Part shown: piece by piece, positions 33,498-42,279 of the stretch | How the letters are laid out: every line of letters begins with the position of its first letter | Position numbering within the stretch: the first letter of the stretch is position 1 | DNA from: a virus | IMG/VR virus record: IMGVR_UViG_3300014789_000001 | Length of the DNA: 51,208 nt | Reading direction: 5' to 3' (one strand) | Program-made: the position numbers and the translations under genes | The notes under the pieces: model-generated | What the model saw: the letters and a program-made list of their open reading frames with translations, nothing else | Told to the model about the DNA's origin: nothing | Databases searched by the model: none

Positions 33498-34614
33498 ACA
33501 ACAGGTATGGTCGCTTTCCGACGGGAAAAGGCTGCGGGAGGTGAAGGCTCCGAGCGAGAAGCAGATTGAAGACTTGCTCGCCGCGAACATCGAAATTCTC
33601 GACGCCGGGTGGCTGGTGATAGGCCGGCAGGTGAAGACGGAGGGTGGCGGCTTCATTGACATCCTCTGCATCGACCAGCAGGGGGCTTTGGTGGTCGTCG
33701 AGCTAAAGCGCGAGCTGACGCCGAGAGAGGTAACGGCCCAGGCGCTTGACTACGCTTCCTGCGTCTCCGTCTTCACGGCGGCCCAGATAGCCGAGACCTA
33801 CATGGCATACAGCCGGAAGCTGGGGCGGCCCGAGACGCTCGACAAGGCGTATGAGCGGAAATTCGGGATGAAGCTGGATGCCGACGCCTTTCGGGGCGAC
33901 GCTGGCCGGAATGAGGTAAAAATCGTCGTCGTAGCGACGAGAATGGACGGCAGCACCGAGCGCATCATCGAGTATCTGTCCGAGGCCTTCAAAGTAAATA
34001 TCAACATCCTGTTCTTCTGTGTCCTCGAGTACAACGGCTCCTTGCTGCTGTCTCGGGCGTGGTTGCGTGACCGTGAGGAGCTTGCTGCTGCTCCTGCTGT
34101 TGGCCGCCGTGAATGGAATGGGGAATACTTCTTCAATTTCGGAGACAGCGAGAGCCGCAGTTGGGAGGAGGCCCGGAAGTACGGCTTTATCTGCGGTGGC
34201 GGCGGGAAATGGTATCACCAAGTCATTTCCTCTATCGAGCCGGGCTCGCGGGTCTGGGTTCGCATTCCGGGCTCTGGCTATGTCGGCGTCTGCACCGTCC
34301 GCGAGAAGGCTGTCCCGGCCCCGGAGGCGGTTCTCTCCGTCGATGGGAAGGACGTTCCCTTCCTCGAGCTCCCGCTCAAGGGTCACTACCATCGGGACAG
34401 AACCGACTATGACGAGCAGGAATTTATCGTGAAGGTGGATTGGGAAGTCTCCGTCCCGAAGGACGAGGCCGTACACGAGTTCGGCTTCTTTGGCAATCAG
34501 AACATCGCCTGCCGCCCGACGGCTCCGAGCTGGGAGTTTACCCTTGACCGCCTAAAATCTGTCTGGGGGCTCCGGCGGGATGGAGGTGGTGCCGATGCCG
34601 GTTTACAAGGATGA
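33487..34614 (+). CDS. NucS/DUF91-like PD-(D/E)xK nuclease-domain protein with uncharacterised C-terminal domain
   Basis: The N-terminal core GGFIDILCIDQQGALVVVELKRE fits a D...ExK restriction-endonuclease fold. The C-terminal ~170 aa (WNGEYFFNFGD..RSWEEARKYGF..GGG) has a beta-rich PUA/EVE-like look. The start could instead be 33481. Confidence 0.55.
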   Translation: MGLEQQVWSLSDGKRLREVKAPSEKQIEDLLAANIEILDAGWLVIGRQVKTEGGGFIDILCIDQQGALVVVELKRELTPREVTAQALDYASCVSVFTAAQIAETYMAYSRKLGRPETLDKAYERKFGMKLDADAFRGDAGRNEVKIVVVATRMDGSTERIIEYLSEAFKVNINILFFCVLEYNGSLLLSRAWLRDREELAAAPAVGRREWNGEYFFNFGDSESRSWEEARKYGFICGGGGKWYHQVISSIEPGSRVWVRIPGSGYVGVCTVREKAVPAPEAVLSVDGKDVPFLELPLKGHYHRDRTDYDEQEFIVKVDWEVSVPKDEAVHEFGFFGNQNIACRPTAPSWEFTLDRLKSVWGLRRDGGGADAGLQG

Positions 34615-35647
34615 CGAGCGAGGAACATGGTACGCCTCTTTCTACTACACCGACTGGCAGGGCCGCCGGAAGCTCAAGAAGAAGCGCGGGTTTGAGCGTA
34701 AGAAGGACGCGCAGGAATTCGAGCGCGAATTCCTTGCAAAGCAAGAGCGTTCCTGCGATATGACCTTCGCCTCCCTCTGGGAGCTCTATTGTGATGATAT
34801 GGCCTCCCGGCTGCGGGAAAATACCCTACAAAGCAAAAAATACCTCGTAGAGCGGCATATACTACCGTTCTACGAGGCTCTAAAGGTAAATGAGATAACT
34901 CCCGCCCATGTGCGGAAATGGCAATCCGAGCTGCTGTCAAAGGGGTACGCGCAGACCTATGTGAAGTCAATAAATAATCAGCTTGTCGCGGTGCTGAATT
35001 ATGCTGTCTGCTACTACGGCCTCCCTTCAAATCCCTGCCACGTCGCCGGGAGTGTGGGCCGGAAGAACGCCGACGCGATGAAGTTCTGGACGAAGGAACA
35101 GTTTGAGGCGTTCCTCGCTTGCGTGGAGCGCCCTTCTGCCCGCGCCGGGTTCTCCTTGCTGTTCTGGACGGGCATCCGCATCGGGGAGCTGCTCGCGCTT
35201 ACGCTCAATGACTTCGACTTCGAGAAGAAGACGCTCTCGGTCTCAAAGTCCTTCCAGTCTATAAAGGGCCGGGAGGTTATCACCGAACCGAAAACGCAAA
35301 AGAGCAAGCGCGTTATTCCTCTGCCGGACAAGCTCTGCGCCGTAGTGCAGGAATACACAACGCGCCTCTATGACTACTCCCCGGACGAAAGGCTTTTCCC
35401 GTTCACAAAGTCCTTCTTTCACAAGGAGATGGAAAAAGCCTGCGCGGCCTCCGGTGTCGAGAAAATCCGTCTGCACGACCTCCGGCATTCTCACGCCTCG
35501 CTGCTTATAGAGATGGGAGCCCCGATACTCCTTGTCTCCGAACGCCTCGGGCATGAGGACGTTGAGACTACCCTTCGTACCTACGGGCACCTCTATCCGA
35601 ACAAGCATGAGGACACTGTAAAGAAGCTGGATGACCTCATGAAATAG
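34595..35647 (+). CDS. int: Tyrosine integrase
   Basis: The C-terminal catalytic motifs HDLRHSHAS and LGHEDVETTLRTYGHLY are present, with a SAM-like N-terminal domain. ATG 34595 follows GGAGGTGG. Confidence 0.9.
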   Translation: MPVYKDDERGTWYASFYYTDWQGRRKLKKKRGFERKKDAQEFEREFLAKQERSCDMTFASLWELYCDDMASRLRENTLQSKKYLVERHILPFYEALKVNEITPAHVRKWQSELLSKGYAQTYVKSINNQLVAVLNYAVCYYGLPSNPCHVAGSVGRKNADAMKFWTKEQFEAFLACVERPSARAGFSLLFWTGIRIGELLALTLNDFDFEKKTLSVSKSFQSIKGREVITEPKTQKSKRVIPLPDKLCAVVQEYTTRLYDYSPDERLFPFTKSFFHKEMEKACAASGVEKIRLHDLRHSHASLLIEMGAPILLVSERLGHEDVETTLRTYGHLYPNKHEDTVKKLDDLMK

Positions 35648-35965
35648 CCCCTTCGGCCCGTGGTATTACCGTGGCATTTGGGCCTTTCGACGGCCTGCCG
35701 CTGGCATTACTTTGGTATGAAAAAATCCTCGGGAGTCGTGTAAAAAATCCGCGTTTGAAGTAATGCGTGTAATAAAACGAAGATTATAGAGCGTCAAACG
35801 AGGGGTGACAAACTTCGTCCGTAGAGTGGGAGTAATGGCCGGAATGGCCGGAGGCCGCATGATACCTGTATTTTTTCGGTGTCGCATTTGCCCGTGGCAT
35901 TATTTTGGCATTAAATCTCTCTGGGCGACCATTTTCGTGACCTCACGAAAATGATGCCCGGAAAC
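35648..35965. other. Candidate attP region
   Basis: This is the lowest-GC stretch of the window. It lies between the convergent int and endolysin genes and contains direct repeats of TGGCATTAYTTTGGYAT / CCGTGGCATT and a 10-bp perfect inverted repeat (35931..35952). Confidence 0.4.
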
Positions 35966-36003
35966 GAAAAAAGAGCCCCCCGGCTTGCTGGCCGGGGGGC
36001 TCT
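35966..36003 (-). terminator. Intrinsic terminator of the lysis/late operon
   Basis: The minus strand reads AGAGCCCCCCGG-loop-CCGGGGGGCTCT (an 11-bp GC stem) followed by TTTTTT, 15 nt after the endolysin stop. Confidence 0.65.
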
Positions 36004-36017
36004 CTCTGTGCTGCGGG

Positions 36018-37031
36018 TTAGACCGCGTTGAGGTACTTGAGGGCGACCCAAGAAACGATTTCCTGTAAGAGGGCCTCCTCCTCGCCTTTGTGGGTGGCGA
36101 GCTGCTTGACGGTGTACTTGCGGTTCGGGCCGGACACGCCAGAGGGAACCGCCTTCCCTCTGGTGGTTGCGAGGCCGCCGTAGACGGCTCCGTCGTCGAT
36201 GGTGACCTTGCTGCCGACCTTGATGGCCGGGGCCGCCGTGGCCCCGGTGCCGGTCTTGGTGACGTAATCGAGGGAAATCCAGCCGACGCCGGATTTGAGC
36301 TTGCCCCATTTGGTCGCGCCGGTGCCGTCCGCCTCCGCGACGATGGTATAGATGCCGGGGGCGATGAAGCCCTTGCGTTCGTAGTTGGTGCCGGGGCCGC
36401 TGCGGATGTTGAGGTCTGTGACCGTCACCTTGACGGTGTAGTTGGTAGCGGTCTGCTCGCTGTCGGTGGTGGGTGTGCTCGGGGTGGAGCTCCCACCGCC
36501 GAGGCGTCTGGTGACCTCCTCTGCGATGGCCCCGTGCCGCTCGTAGAGGTAATCTCCGGGGCACGACTTGTTTGCAAACCAGCGGTGAACCGTCATCACC
36601 ATCTCCCCGGATTTCGGGGTGTAAGCGAGGGTCTTTGCCTTGTCTCCGAACCACAGGAGCTTCTTGGCTCCGTTACGGCGGCAGATGTCGGTAACGAGGT
36701 CGAGAAGGGCTGCGTATGCTTTGTCCGTGACGGCGTAGGGTGCCTTGTTGTCGCTGGCCGTCTCAATGGTGACCGCACGGTGGTCGTTGGAACCGCTGGA
36801 GGTGCACCAAGAGCGGTCTCCCTCATCGACGCACAGGCCGATGCTGCCGTCGTAGCCGACGACATAATTGCAAGACGCCTCCTTGCTGGTGGGCTGAAAG
36901 ACCTCGCATCCGCGCTTTGCCGTTACCTGCCCGACGAAACAATGGATGCTGATGGTGTCGATTTTGTGATTGCGGGGGCTGTTCTTGTTCGGGCTGATTA
37001 GGGTGTAGTTTACGAGAGGGCTGTTGCTCAT
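36018..37031 (-). CDS. Endolysin: N-acetylmuramoyl-L-alanine amidase (Amidase_2/PGRP-like) with SH3b-type wall-binding repeats
   Basis: A 337-aa ORF starting at ATG 37031 after AAAGGAGA. The N-terminal part (IDTISIHC...NYVVGYDG...DHRAVTIE...H..F..K.CPG) is followed by SH3-like repeats (LNIRSGPGTNY...). Confidence 0.85.
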   Translation of the reverse strand: MSNSPLVNYTLISPNKNSPRNHKIDTISIHCFVGQVTAKRGCEVFQPTSKEASCNYVVGYDGSIGLCVDEGDRSWCTSSGSNDHRAVTIETASDNKAPYAVTDKAYAALLDLVTDICRRNGAKKLLWFGDKAKTLAYTPKSGEMVMTVHRWFANKSCPGDYLYERHGAIAEEVTRRLGGGSSTPSTPTTDSEQTATNYTVKVTVTDLNIRSGPGTNYERKGFIAPGIYTIVAEADGTGATKWGKLKSGVGWISLDYVTKTGTGATAAPAIKVGSKVTIDDGAVYGGLATTRGKAVPSGVSGPNRKYTVKQLATHKGEEEALLQEIVSWVALKYLNAV

Positions 37032-37050
37032 GGTAGGGTCTCCTTTCGGG

Positions 37051-37416
37051 TCAGTCGCTTTTCTCTGCGGTCTCGATGGTGGTCGTGACAACGGCGTCCG
37101 GGATGCCGATAACAGGGACGATGCCGTTGGTGTTGAGCTCGTAGACGGCGGCCTCAATGAGGGCGTCGAGCTTGGCTTCGTCAACGGTGATGCCGTGCTC
37201 GCGGAGCCAGTTGATGACGTACTCCTTCTTCTCCTCGCCGCGCCCGCTGCCGGTGTAAATCTGCTCGGCGGCGGCGACGGCGATTTTCACCCACGCATTG
37301 ATTTCCTTCTGCTGCTCTGCGGTGGTCTTGCTCTTGATGTAGGGCACGAGGAAGGCGGTGATGAGGGCCGCGATAAGGGCGGCAACGGCTTCGATGATGG
37401 GCGTGATGTCGTACAT
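37051..37416 (-). CDS. Holin, LL-H family-like
   Basis: A 121-aa ORF with one N-terminal TM helix followed by INAWVKIAVAAAEQ..G..K...V..WL. Confidence 0.65.
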   Translation of the reverse strand: MYDITPIIEAVAALIAALITAFLVPYIKSKTTAEQQKEINAWVKIAVAAAEQIYTGSGRGEEKKEYVINWLREHGITVDEAKLDALIEAAVYELNTNGIVPVIGIPDAVVTTTIETAEKSD

Positions 37417-37437
37417 GGTGATGTCCTCCTTTTGGTC

Positions 37438-37794
37438 TTATCCTTTTCCGATGTTGGTGCTGTCGCTGCTGGTGGTCGTGTCCTCCGGCAGCGGGTTCCC
37501 GTCGGCGTCGAGCCGGTGCTTGTTCCGGCTAAGTTTCTCGCCGAGGCTCTTGCCTGCGTAGGTAATTAGATACCCGATGCAGGCCGTGAAGATGGTCGTG
37601 GTGACGTCCGAGACGGCCTCCCGGTAAAAGGCCGCGAGCACATAAGAGGCGACGGCTGCTGCCGTGGCTATGAATACGGCCCAGATGGCGAGCACCTTCG
37701 AGAATTCGAGGGGCTTCCTCTGGGCCTTCTTCTTTGCCTTCTCGCGCTTCCTCTTGCGCCACCAGCTTTTCAGCTTCTTGAGCAGCTTTTTCAC
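37438..37794 (-). CDS. Membrane protein (2 TM), lysis cassette
   Basis: GTG 37794 follows GGAGGGAG. The protein has a basic N-terminus and two hydrophobic helices. Confidence 0.45.
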   Translation of the reverse strand: MKKLLKKLKSWWRKRKREKAKKKAQRKPLEFSKVLAIWAVFIATAAAVASYVLAAFYREAVSDVTTTIFTACIGYLITYAGKSLGEKLSRNKHRLDADGNPLPEDTTTSSDSTNIGKG

Positions 37795-37811
37795 ATGGTC
37801 ACTCCCTCCCT

Positions 37812-38150
37812 TCACTCATCGAGCAGGGCGTGGATGCCTTGCTGCGCGAGAAAATCCTTCTGCTTGTGCTTGATGTCTGTGGCGTAGGCGAGCGCCGTCT
37901 CCATGTCGCCGTTCGTGTGGCCGCGCTGCATGGCGTGGGCCGTGGCCTCGCCGAGGGCGATGCTGGCCCGCGTACTCTGCACGATGAGCAGAAATAAATC
38001 CTGCTGCGCCTTCGCCTTTTCAGCTTGGGCTTCCTCCCGTGCCTCGATATGGCCCTTGAGTTTCCACACAATGAGCCCCATGATGGCGCTCGGAATTCCC
38101 ATAGCCGCCACGAAGGCGAGCAGCAGTTCTCCGATGCTGACTTCGACCAT
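37812..38150 (-). CDS. Membrane protein (1 TM + coiled coil), holin/antiholin candidate
   Basis: A 112-aa ORF starting at ATG 38150 after GGGGAGGTGA. Confidence 0.45.
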   Translation of the reverse strand: MVEVSIGELLLAFVAAMGIPSAIMGLIVWKLKGHIEAREEAQAEKAKAQQDLFLLIVQSTRASIALGEATAHAMQRGHTNGDMETALAYATDIKHKQKDFLAQQGIHALLDE

Positions 38151-38155
38151 TGGTA

Positions 38156-38665
38156 TCACCTCCCCTTGATGGCTGCCGCCGGAACGAAACCGGTGACAAA
38201 TCTCCCGCCGGGGAAGGCGGCTACCGGGCACCATCCGGCCCGGCGGGGCATCGCAATAACGGGTGCGCCCTCATCGAGCGTCCCGTCGCTGCCGTAGGTG
38301 TGTCCGGGCCCGGCCTTGACCTCCGTGCCCGTCGCCCGGCAGGCCGCTGGGTAGGCGCGTGTCCTGCTGGCCGGTTTTCCGTGCTTCGAGTAGCTGCCTT
38401 CCGGGACGTAGCCCCGGATGAACGTGCCACCGGCGACGGCTGCCACCTCGCTCCATCCGTCCTTTGCCGGGAGCGCGAGCAGCCAGTCCCCCGCTGCGGC
38501 CTCTCCGGCGGCCTCAAAGCCGCGTCCGGGGCCGGTGCGGATGGTGGTCGGCCCGGCGGTGAAGACCGCGCACAGGGGCGCTCCGGCGTCGCTGCGGGCC
38601 TTTGGCGCGGTCTTGGGCTTCGCCCTTGACCTGCGCTGTGCCGGTTTCTTGGTCGTCTCGCTCAT
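38156..38665 (-). CDS. Tandem SH3b-like domain protein
   Basis: A 169-aa ORF with two repeats of the pattern T.(I/V)(R/K).GPG...........G.........W..V......G(Y/F)VP. Confidence 0.45.
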   Translation of the reverse strand: MSETTKKPAQRRSRAKPKTAPKARSDAGAPLCAVFTAGPTTIRTGPGRGFEAAGEAAAGDWLLALPAKDGWSEVAAVAGGTFIRGYVPEGSYSKHGKPASRTRAYPAACRATGTEVKAGPGHTYGSDGTLDEGAPVIAMPRRAGWCPVAAFPGGRFVTGFVPAAAIKGR

Positions 38666-38702
38666 TCTGCATCCCTCCTTTACGCAGATAGGAGGCCCCC
38701 GC

Positions 38703-39500
38703 TTACGCGGAGACCTCCTTGTAGTAGTCGTTGATGAGCGCCGGGGGTGCCCAATTCTCCTGTTTGTTGAAGGCGCGTAGCACCTCGTACTCGGTGCCGT
38801 CGTGAGTGAAGTGGTCGCCTACGGCGAAGGTGTGGCCCTCCTTGAGGTTGTCCCAATCTGGGACGTCACTGGGCTCCGGCTCCGGTTCGGGTTCCGGGCC
38901 GGGCTCTGGTTCCTCGCCGCCGTCCTCGTAGAGTTTGTACTCCGAGGGGACAAGGTGCGGGTAATGGGGCTCGTAGAGCGTGACGCCTGCCTCCTTGATG
39001 GGGGTATAGAGCTTCCCGTCAATGGGGTCGCGGCGGACGGCTCCGTAGGGGACGTGCTCGCCCCATGCGAAGTCGAGGTAGGTGCCGGGCTCCTCCGGCT
39101 CCTCCCGGATGAGACGGAACAGGGTGCGCCCGCCCTCGGTGCCGGGGGCGTAGAGGGCCTGCGCTTGGTGCGTGACGGTGCAGATGTAGGTCTCGCCGCT
39201 GGTGCCGTCGATGATGGTCTCGCCGACGAACACCTGTCCCATGTTCGCCGCCCAGATGCGGGCGGTTCCGACGGTGGCGATTTCTTTGATGACGTCGTCC
39301 GTGAGGTCGCCGGTGGCGAGTTTCCCGGCTCGCAGAAGGGCGTCTTGCGCCTTGCGGATGTGTTCGTCCGGGTAGCTGCCGCCGAGGGCCTTGATGGCCT
39401 CCCCGGCGTCCAGAATGGCCGCCCAGATGTCAACAAGCTCTACGGCCTTTTCCTGTTTCTGCAAAGTCCTCTGGTATTCAAGGCTGTTGACGTTCGGCAT
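38703..39500 (-). CDS. Protein with two CBM5/12-like carbohydrate-binding repeats and a Pro/Glu linker
   Basis: A 265-aa ORF with the motifs W....G..F.VG........YIC...H and FAVGDHFTHDGTEYEVLRAFNKQENWAPP. Confidence 0.45.
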   Translation of the reverse strand: MPNVNSLEYQRTLQKQEKAVELVDIWAAILDAGEAIKALGGSYPDEHIRKAQDALLRAGKLATGDLTDDVIKEIATVGTARIWAANMGQVFVGETIIDGTSGETYICTVTHQAQALYAPGTEGGRTLFRLIREEPEEPGTYLDFAWGEHVPYGAVRRDPIDGKLYTPIKEAGVTLYEPHYPHLVPSEYKLYEDGGEEPEPGPEPEPEPEPSDVPDWDNLKEGHTFAVGDHFTHDGTEYEVLRAFNKQENWAPPALINDYYKEVSA

Positions 39501-39518
39501 GATGGTCTTCCTCCTCTC

Positions 39519-41225
39519 TTACACATAAGAGCCGCTTACCGGCCTGCTGCTGATGGTGTCGTAGCCGGGGCTCTTGGCGATTTGCACTTTGACGCCGACG
39601 CCCCATTTCTCTGCGGTCTTGGTGGCGTTCGAGAAGATGTGTTTGAGGCCGATGGTGGCGAGCTCCCATGTGGGGCTGTCGTCGAAGGCGTTGTTGCACA
39701 CAGAGACGGTGACGTCTTCTGCCGCTGCGTAGTACTGCAGGGACACAAGAATTTTCTCGGCTGCGGCGTCGGTCTCGATGGGGCCGACGATGTACTCGAT
39801 GCCGGTGACGCTGCGGGTGAAAGTGGTCGTCCGGGTGGCACTGTTGCCGAGGGTGTCCGTGACCTTGACCTGCATGGTGTGCTGTCCATTCGACAGGGCC
39901 GCGAACTGCGCCTCTGTGAGGGCGAAAGTGTAGGTCTGGTTTCTTACGGCATCCTCGATGGTGCGGATTTCGTTCCCGTCGAGGCTCTCAACGACGGTGA
40001 GCGCGTCCTCGGTGTCTTGGTCGTTCACGGTGTAGGCCATCGAGGGCGGGCTCGTGACGGTGCCGAGGTCGGTGTCGCTGCCGCTGATGGTGGGGTCTAC
40101 GTTGTGGACGACGGTTTTGACCGTGCTGCTGGTGTAGCCGCTGTACGCTCCGTTGACGTCCTTCGCCCGGACGCGCCACTGAACCGTGTTCGCGCTGGTG
40201 CCGACGCCGGTGTCGTCGTATCTGGTGGCGCTGCCGGTGTAGATGTTCGTCCACGCGCCGCTGTTGATGCTCCGCTCGAGCTCATAGGTGATTGCGCCGC
40301 CCTCTGGGTCTACGCTGGCCGCCCACGAAATTTCTGCGGCCTTGCCGCTGCGTACTTCGTCCGGGACGGTGATGCTGGGCGGGGTCGTCGGGGCTTGGTT
40401 CCATACAATCGTGTACGCTCCATCGCTGTCCGGGCTGTCAGATACCAAGATGGAAGATGACAGATTCAAAGCCGGGCGGACGCCGCGGCGGCCGATGTAC
40501 GCGCTGTAGCTGGCGAGCGTCCCGTCCGAGTTCACGTAGCGGACGAGGTACGAGTTCGACGCGAGCGGGGAGCGCAAGTAGTAGTACCAGTACTGGGATG
40601 CGCTCAACGAGCCAGACGTGTACTCGCTGTTCGATACTGCCTGCGCGGTGGGCCGGCATTGGCGGCTGGCGTTGTCGCTGAACATGGCAAGGGTGGAGCC
40701 CTCCGAGACGCCGTTCTCTGCGCCGAGGCCGACTTCCGCCTTGGACAGCAGGAAGACCTTGTCTGTGACGGTCTCGGAGCCGCCGCCGTCTACGCTGGCC
40801 TTCGCTACGGTGAGGGTGGTGTTGAGGATGGCGGCGAGCATCTGCGCCGAGAAGCCGGTGAGGAAGCCCGCCTCATCGTCGTACTCATTGTAGTTGCTCC
40901 ATACATTGGCGTTGGTGGGCGCTGCGTCTGCGCCGTGCTGGGCTTGATACCACGGCGAGCCCGCCTTGTTTAGCCATTGGCGGAGGTTGGAGAGGGAATA
41001 CCTGTTGTTGCCATATCTCCGGCGGTTGCTGTCGCTGTTCCCGCTCTCAATCGCATCGAAGCAGGCGAGCTTGAGGATGTTCGCAGCGACGAGGGTGACG
41101 GAGTTCGCCGGGTACCCGGCGTGGTTCTTGTCGCCTATCTCCCAGATGATAGGGACGCCGTAGTAGGTCGTGCCGGTGTCTTTGACCTTTGCCTTTACGG
41201 GCAGGGCACTAATTGATTGGGACAT
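39519..41225 (-). CDS. DGR target protein 1: tail-fibre-like receptor-binding protein with internal variable domain followed by FN3/Ig-like domains
   Basis: A 568-aa ORF starting at ATG 41225 after GAAAGGAG. It contains VR1 at about residues 217-253 (LRSPLASNSYLVRYVNSDGTLASYSAYIGRRGVRPAL). An FN3-like segment follows (ISWAASVDPEGGAITYELERSINSGAWTNIY). Confidence 0.85.
   Translation of the reverse strand: MSQSISALPVKAKVKDTGTTYYGVPIIWEIGDKNHAGYPANSVTLVAANILKLACFDAIESGNSDSNRRRYGNNRYSLSNLRQWLNKAGSPWYQAQHGADAAPTNANVWSNYNEYDDEAGFLTGFSAQMLAAILNTTLTVAKASVDGGGSETVTDKVFLLSKAEVGLGAENGVSEGSTLAMFSDNASRQCRPTAQAVSNSEYTSGSLSASQYWYYYLRSPLASNSYLVRYVNSDGTLASYSAYIGRRGVRPALNLSSSILVSDSPDSDGAYTIVWNQAPTTPPSITVPDEVRSGKAAEISWAASVDPEGGAITYELERSINSGAWTNIYTGSATRYDDTGVGTSANTVQWRVRAKDVNGAYSGYTSSTVKTVVHNVDPTISGSDTDLGTVTSPPSMAYTVNDQDTEDALTVVESLDGNEIRTIEDAVRNQTYTFALTEAQFAALSNGQHTMQVKVTDTLGNSATRTTTFTRSVTGIEYIVGPIETDAAAEKILVSLQYYAAAEDVTVSVCNNAFDDSPTWELATIGLKHIFSNATKTAEKWGVGVKVQIAKSPGYDTISSRPVSGSYV
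40469..40576 (-). repeat. DGR variable repeat 1 (VR1)
   Basis: Base-by-base hand alignment to TR 42461..42568 gives 108 bp with 16 mismatches, all at TR coding-strand adenines. Confidence 0.9.
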
Positions 41226-42279
41226 CTGCTGTTTCGCTCCTTTCAAAAATCTCATTGTAGAGTTGGTCGTATTTCTGTATGAGCGCGTGGCAATCGCCGT
41301 GGGAGGCGTGTGACCGCCAGCTCTGGTAGCTCTCGGTGACTTTCTCCTTGGTGATGGCTCCGCTCTCGTACATGACCTTGTACTTCCGCAGTTTCCGCTT
41401 CATCCGCTCGCGGCTGGCCCGGCGCAGCTTGCGGACGACTTTGCCGGTGTCCGTGAGGTAGCTGTGGAAGCCGAGAAAATCCAGTCCATTTCGGAGGGGA
41501 AATATCTGCGTCTTGTCGTTGAGCTCGAGCCCTCGCTCCGCGAGGTGCTCCGATATGGCCTTCCATGCGGCCCGGAGGGTGTCTTTGCTTTCGTGGATGA
41601 TGTAGAAGTCGTCCATGTATCTCCCGTAGTAGCGGAAGCGGAAGCCCTCTTTCATGAGGTGGTCGAGCTTGTTGAGGTATAAGAGCGCGAATACTTGGCT
41701 GCTCTGGTTGCCTATGGGTATGCCGACGTTGCCCGGTGTGCTGTCGATGATGAGGTCGGTGAGCGCGAGGCTCCTTTCGTCGTCGAGCAGCTCCCGGACG
41801 TCCCGCTTGAGGATGTCGTGCCGGATACTGGCGAAGTAGTGGTGGACGTCCGCTTTCAGTACCCATCCGTCTGCGCTGCCGTGCCTGCGGTAATATTCCC
41901 GCATGAAGTCGCGCAGCCGGTTGAGGCCGAAGTGGGTTCCCTTGCCTATCTGCGAGCCGTAGTTGTCGAGAATGAAAGGCCGGGTGAGGACGTCGTAGAG
42001 AATGGTGTCGCAAAAGGCGTGTTGGACGATTTTGTCCTTGAAGGAGTTGGTCTGAATGAGCCTTTTCTTCGGCTCGAAGACATAAAACTCCCGGTAACCG
42101 CCGGGGCGGTATGTGCCGGTGCTCAACTCCTCTTGCAGGACGGCGATGGCCTCGAGGGCGTTCATCTCTACCTTGGCGACAGTGTTCTTCCACCTCTTGC
42201 CGCGCCGGGATGCCCGGTAGGCGTTGTAGAGCGTTTCAAATTCGTAGACGGTATCAAAATTGACCTTCGTTTTCTGCAT
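41209..42279 (-). CDS. DGR-type reverse transcriptase
   Basis: A 356-aa ORF starting at ATG 42279 after GAGGAG. It has the RT motifs through YMDDF plus the DGR-typical IGNQSSQ. The gene is adjacent to the TR and overlaps the target gene start by 17 nt. Confidence 0.9.
   Translation of the reverse strand: MQKTKVNFDTVYEFETLYNAYRASRRGKRWKNTVAKVEMNALEAIAVLQEELSTGTYRPGGYREFYVFEPKKRLIQTNSFKDKIVQHAFCDTILYDVLTRPFILDNYGSQIGKGTHFGLNRLRDFMREYYRRHGSADGWVLKADVHHYFASIRHDILKRDVRELLDDERSLALTDLIIDSTPGNVGIPIGNQSSQVFALLYLNKLDHLMKEGFRFRYYGRYMDDFYIIHESKDTLRAAWKAISEHLAERGLELNDKTQIFPLRNGLDFLGFHSYLTDTGKVVRKLRRASRERMKRKLRKYKVMYESGAITKEKVTESYQSWRSHASHGDCHALIQKYDQLYNEIFERSETADVPIN

Noticed and set aside
35666-35887. 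A 73-aa minus-strand ORF in the int-endolysin intergenic region.
   Set aside because: It has no RBS, its composition is odd, and it lies in the AT-rich repeat-bearing region that is better explained as attP.
38868-38915. A GGCTCCGG/GGTTCCGG-type short tandem repetition in the DNA.
   Set aside because: It encodes a Pro/Glu (EPEPGPEPEPEPEP) interdomain linker within 38703..39500. There is no evidence of a regulatory or CRISPR-like role.
40441-40468. A possible target-recognition hairpin just downstream of VR1 (CTGTCA...TGACAG), with CCGAcatcTCGG after VR2.
   Set aside because: The stems are only 4-6 bp with large or trivial loops, and the two sites are not alike. This is too weak to call without folding calculations.
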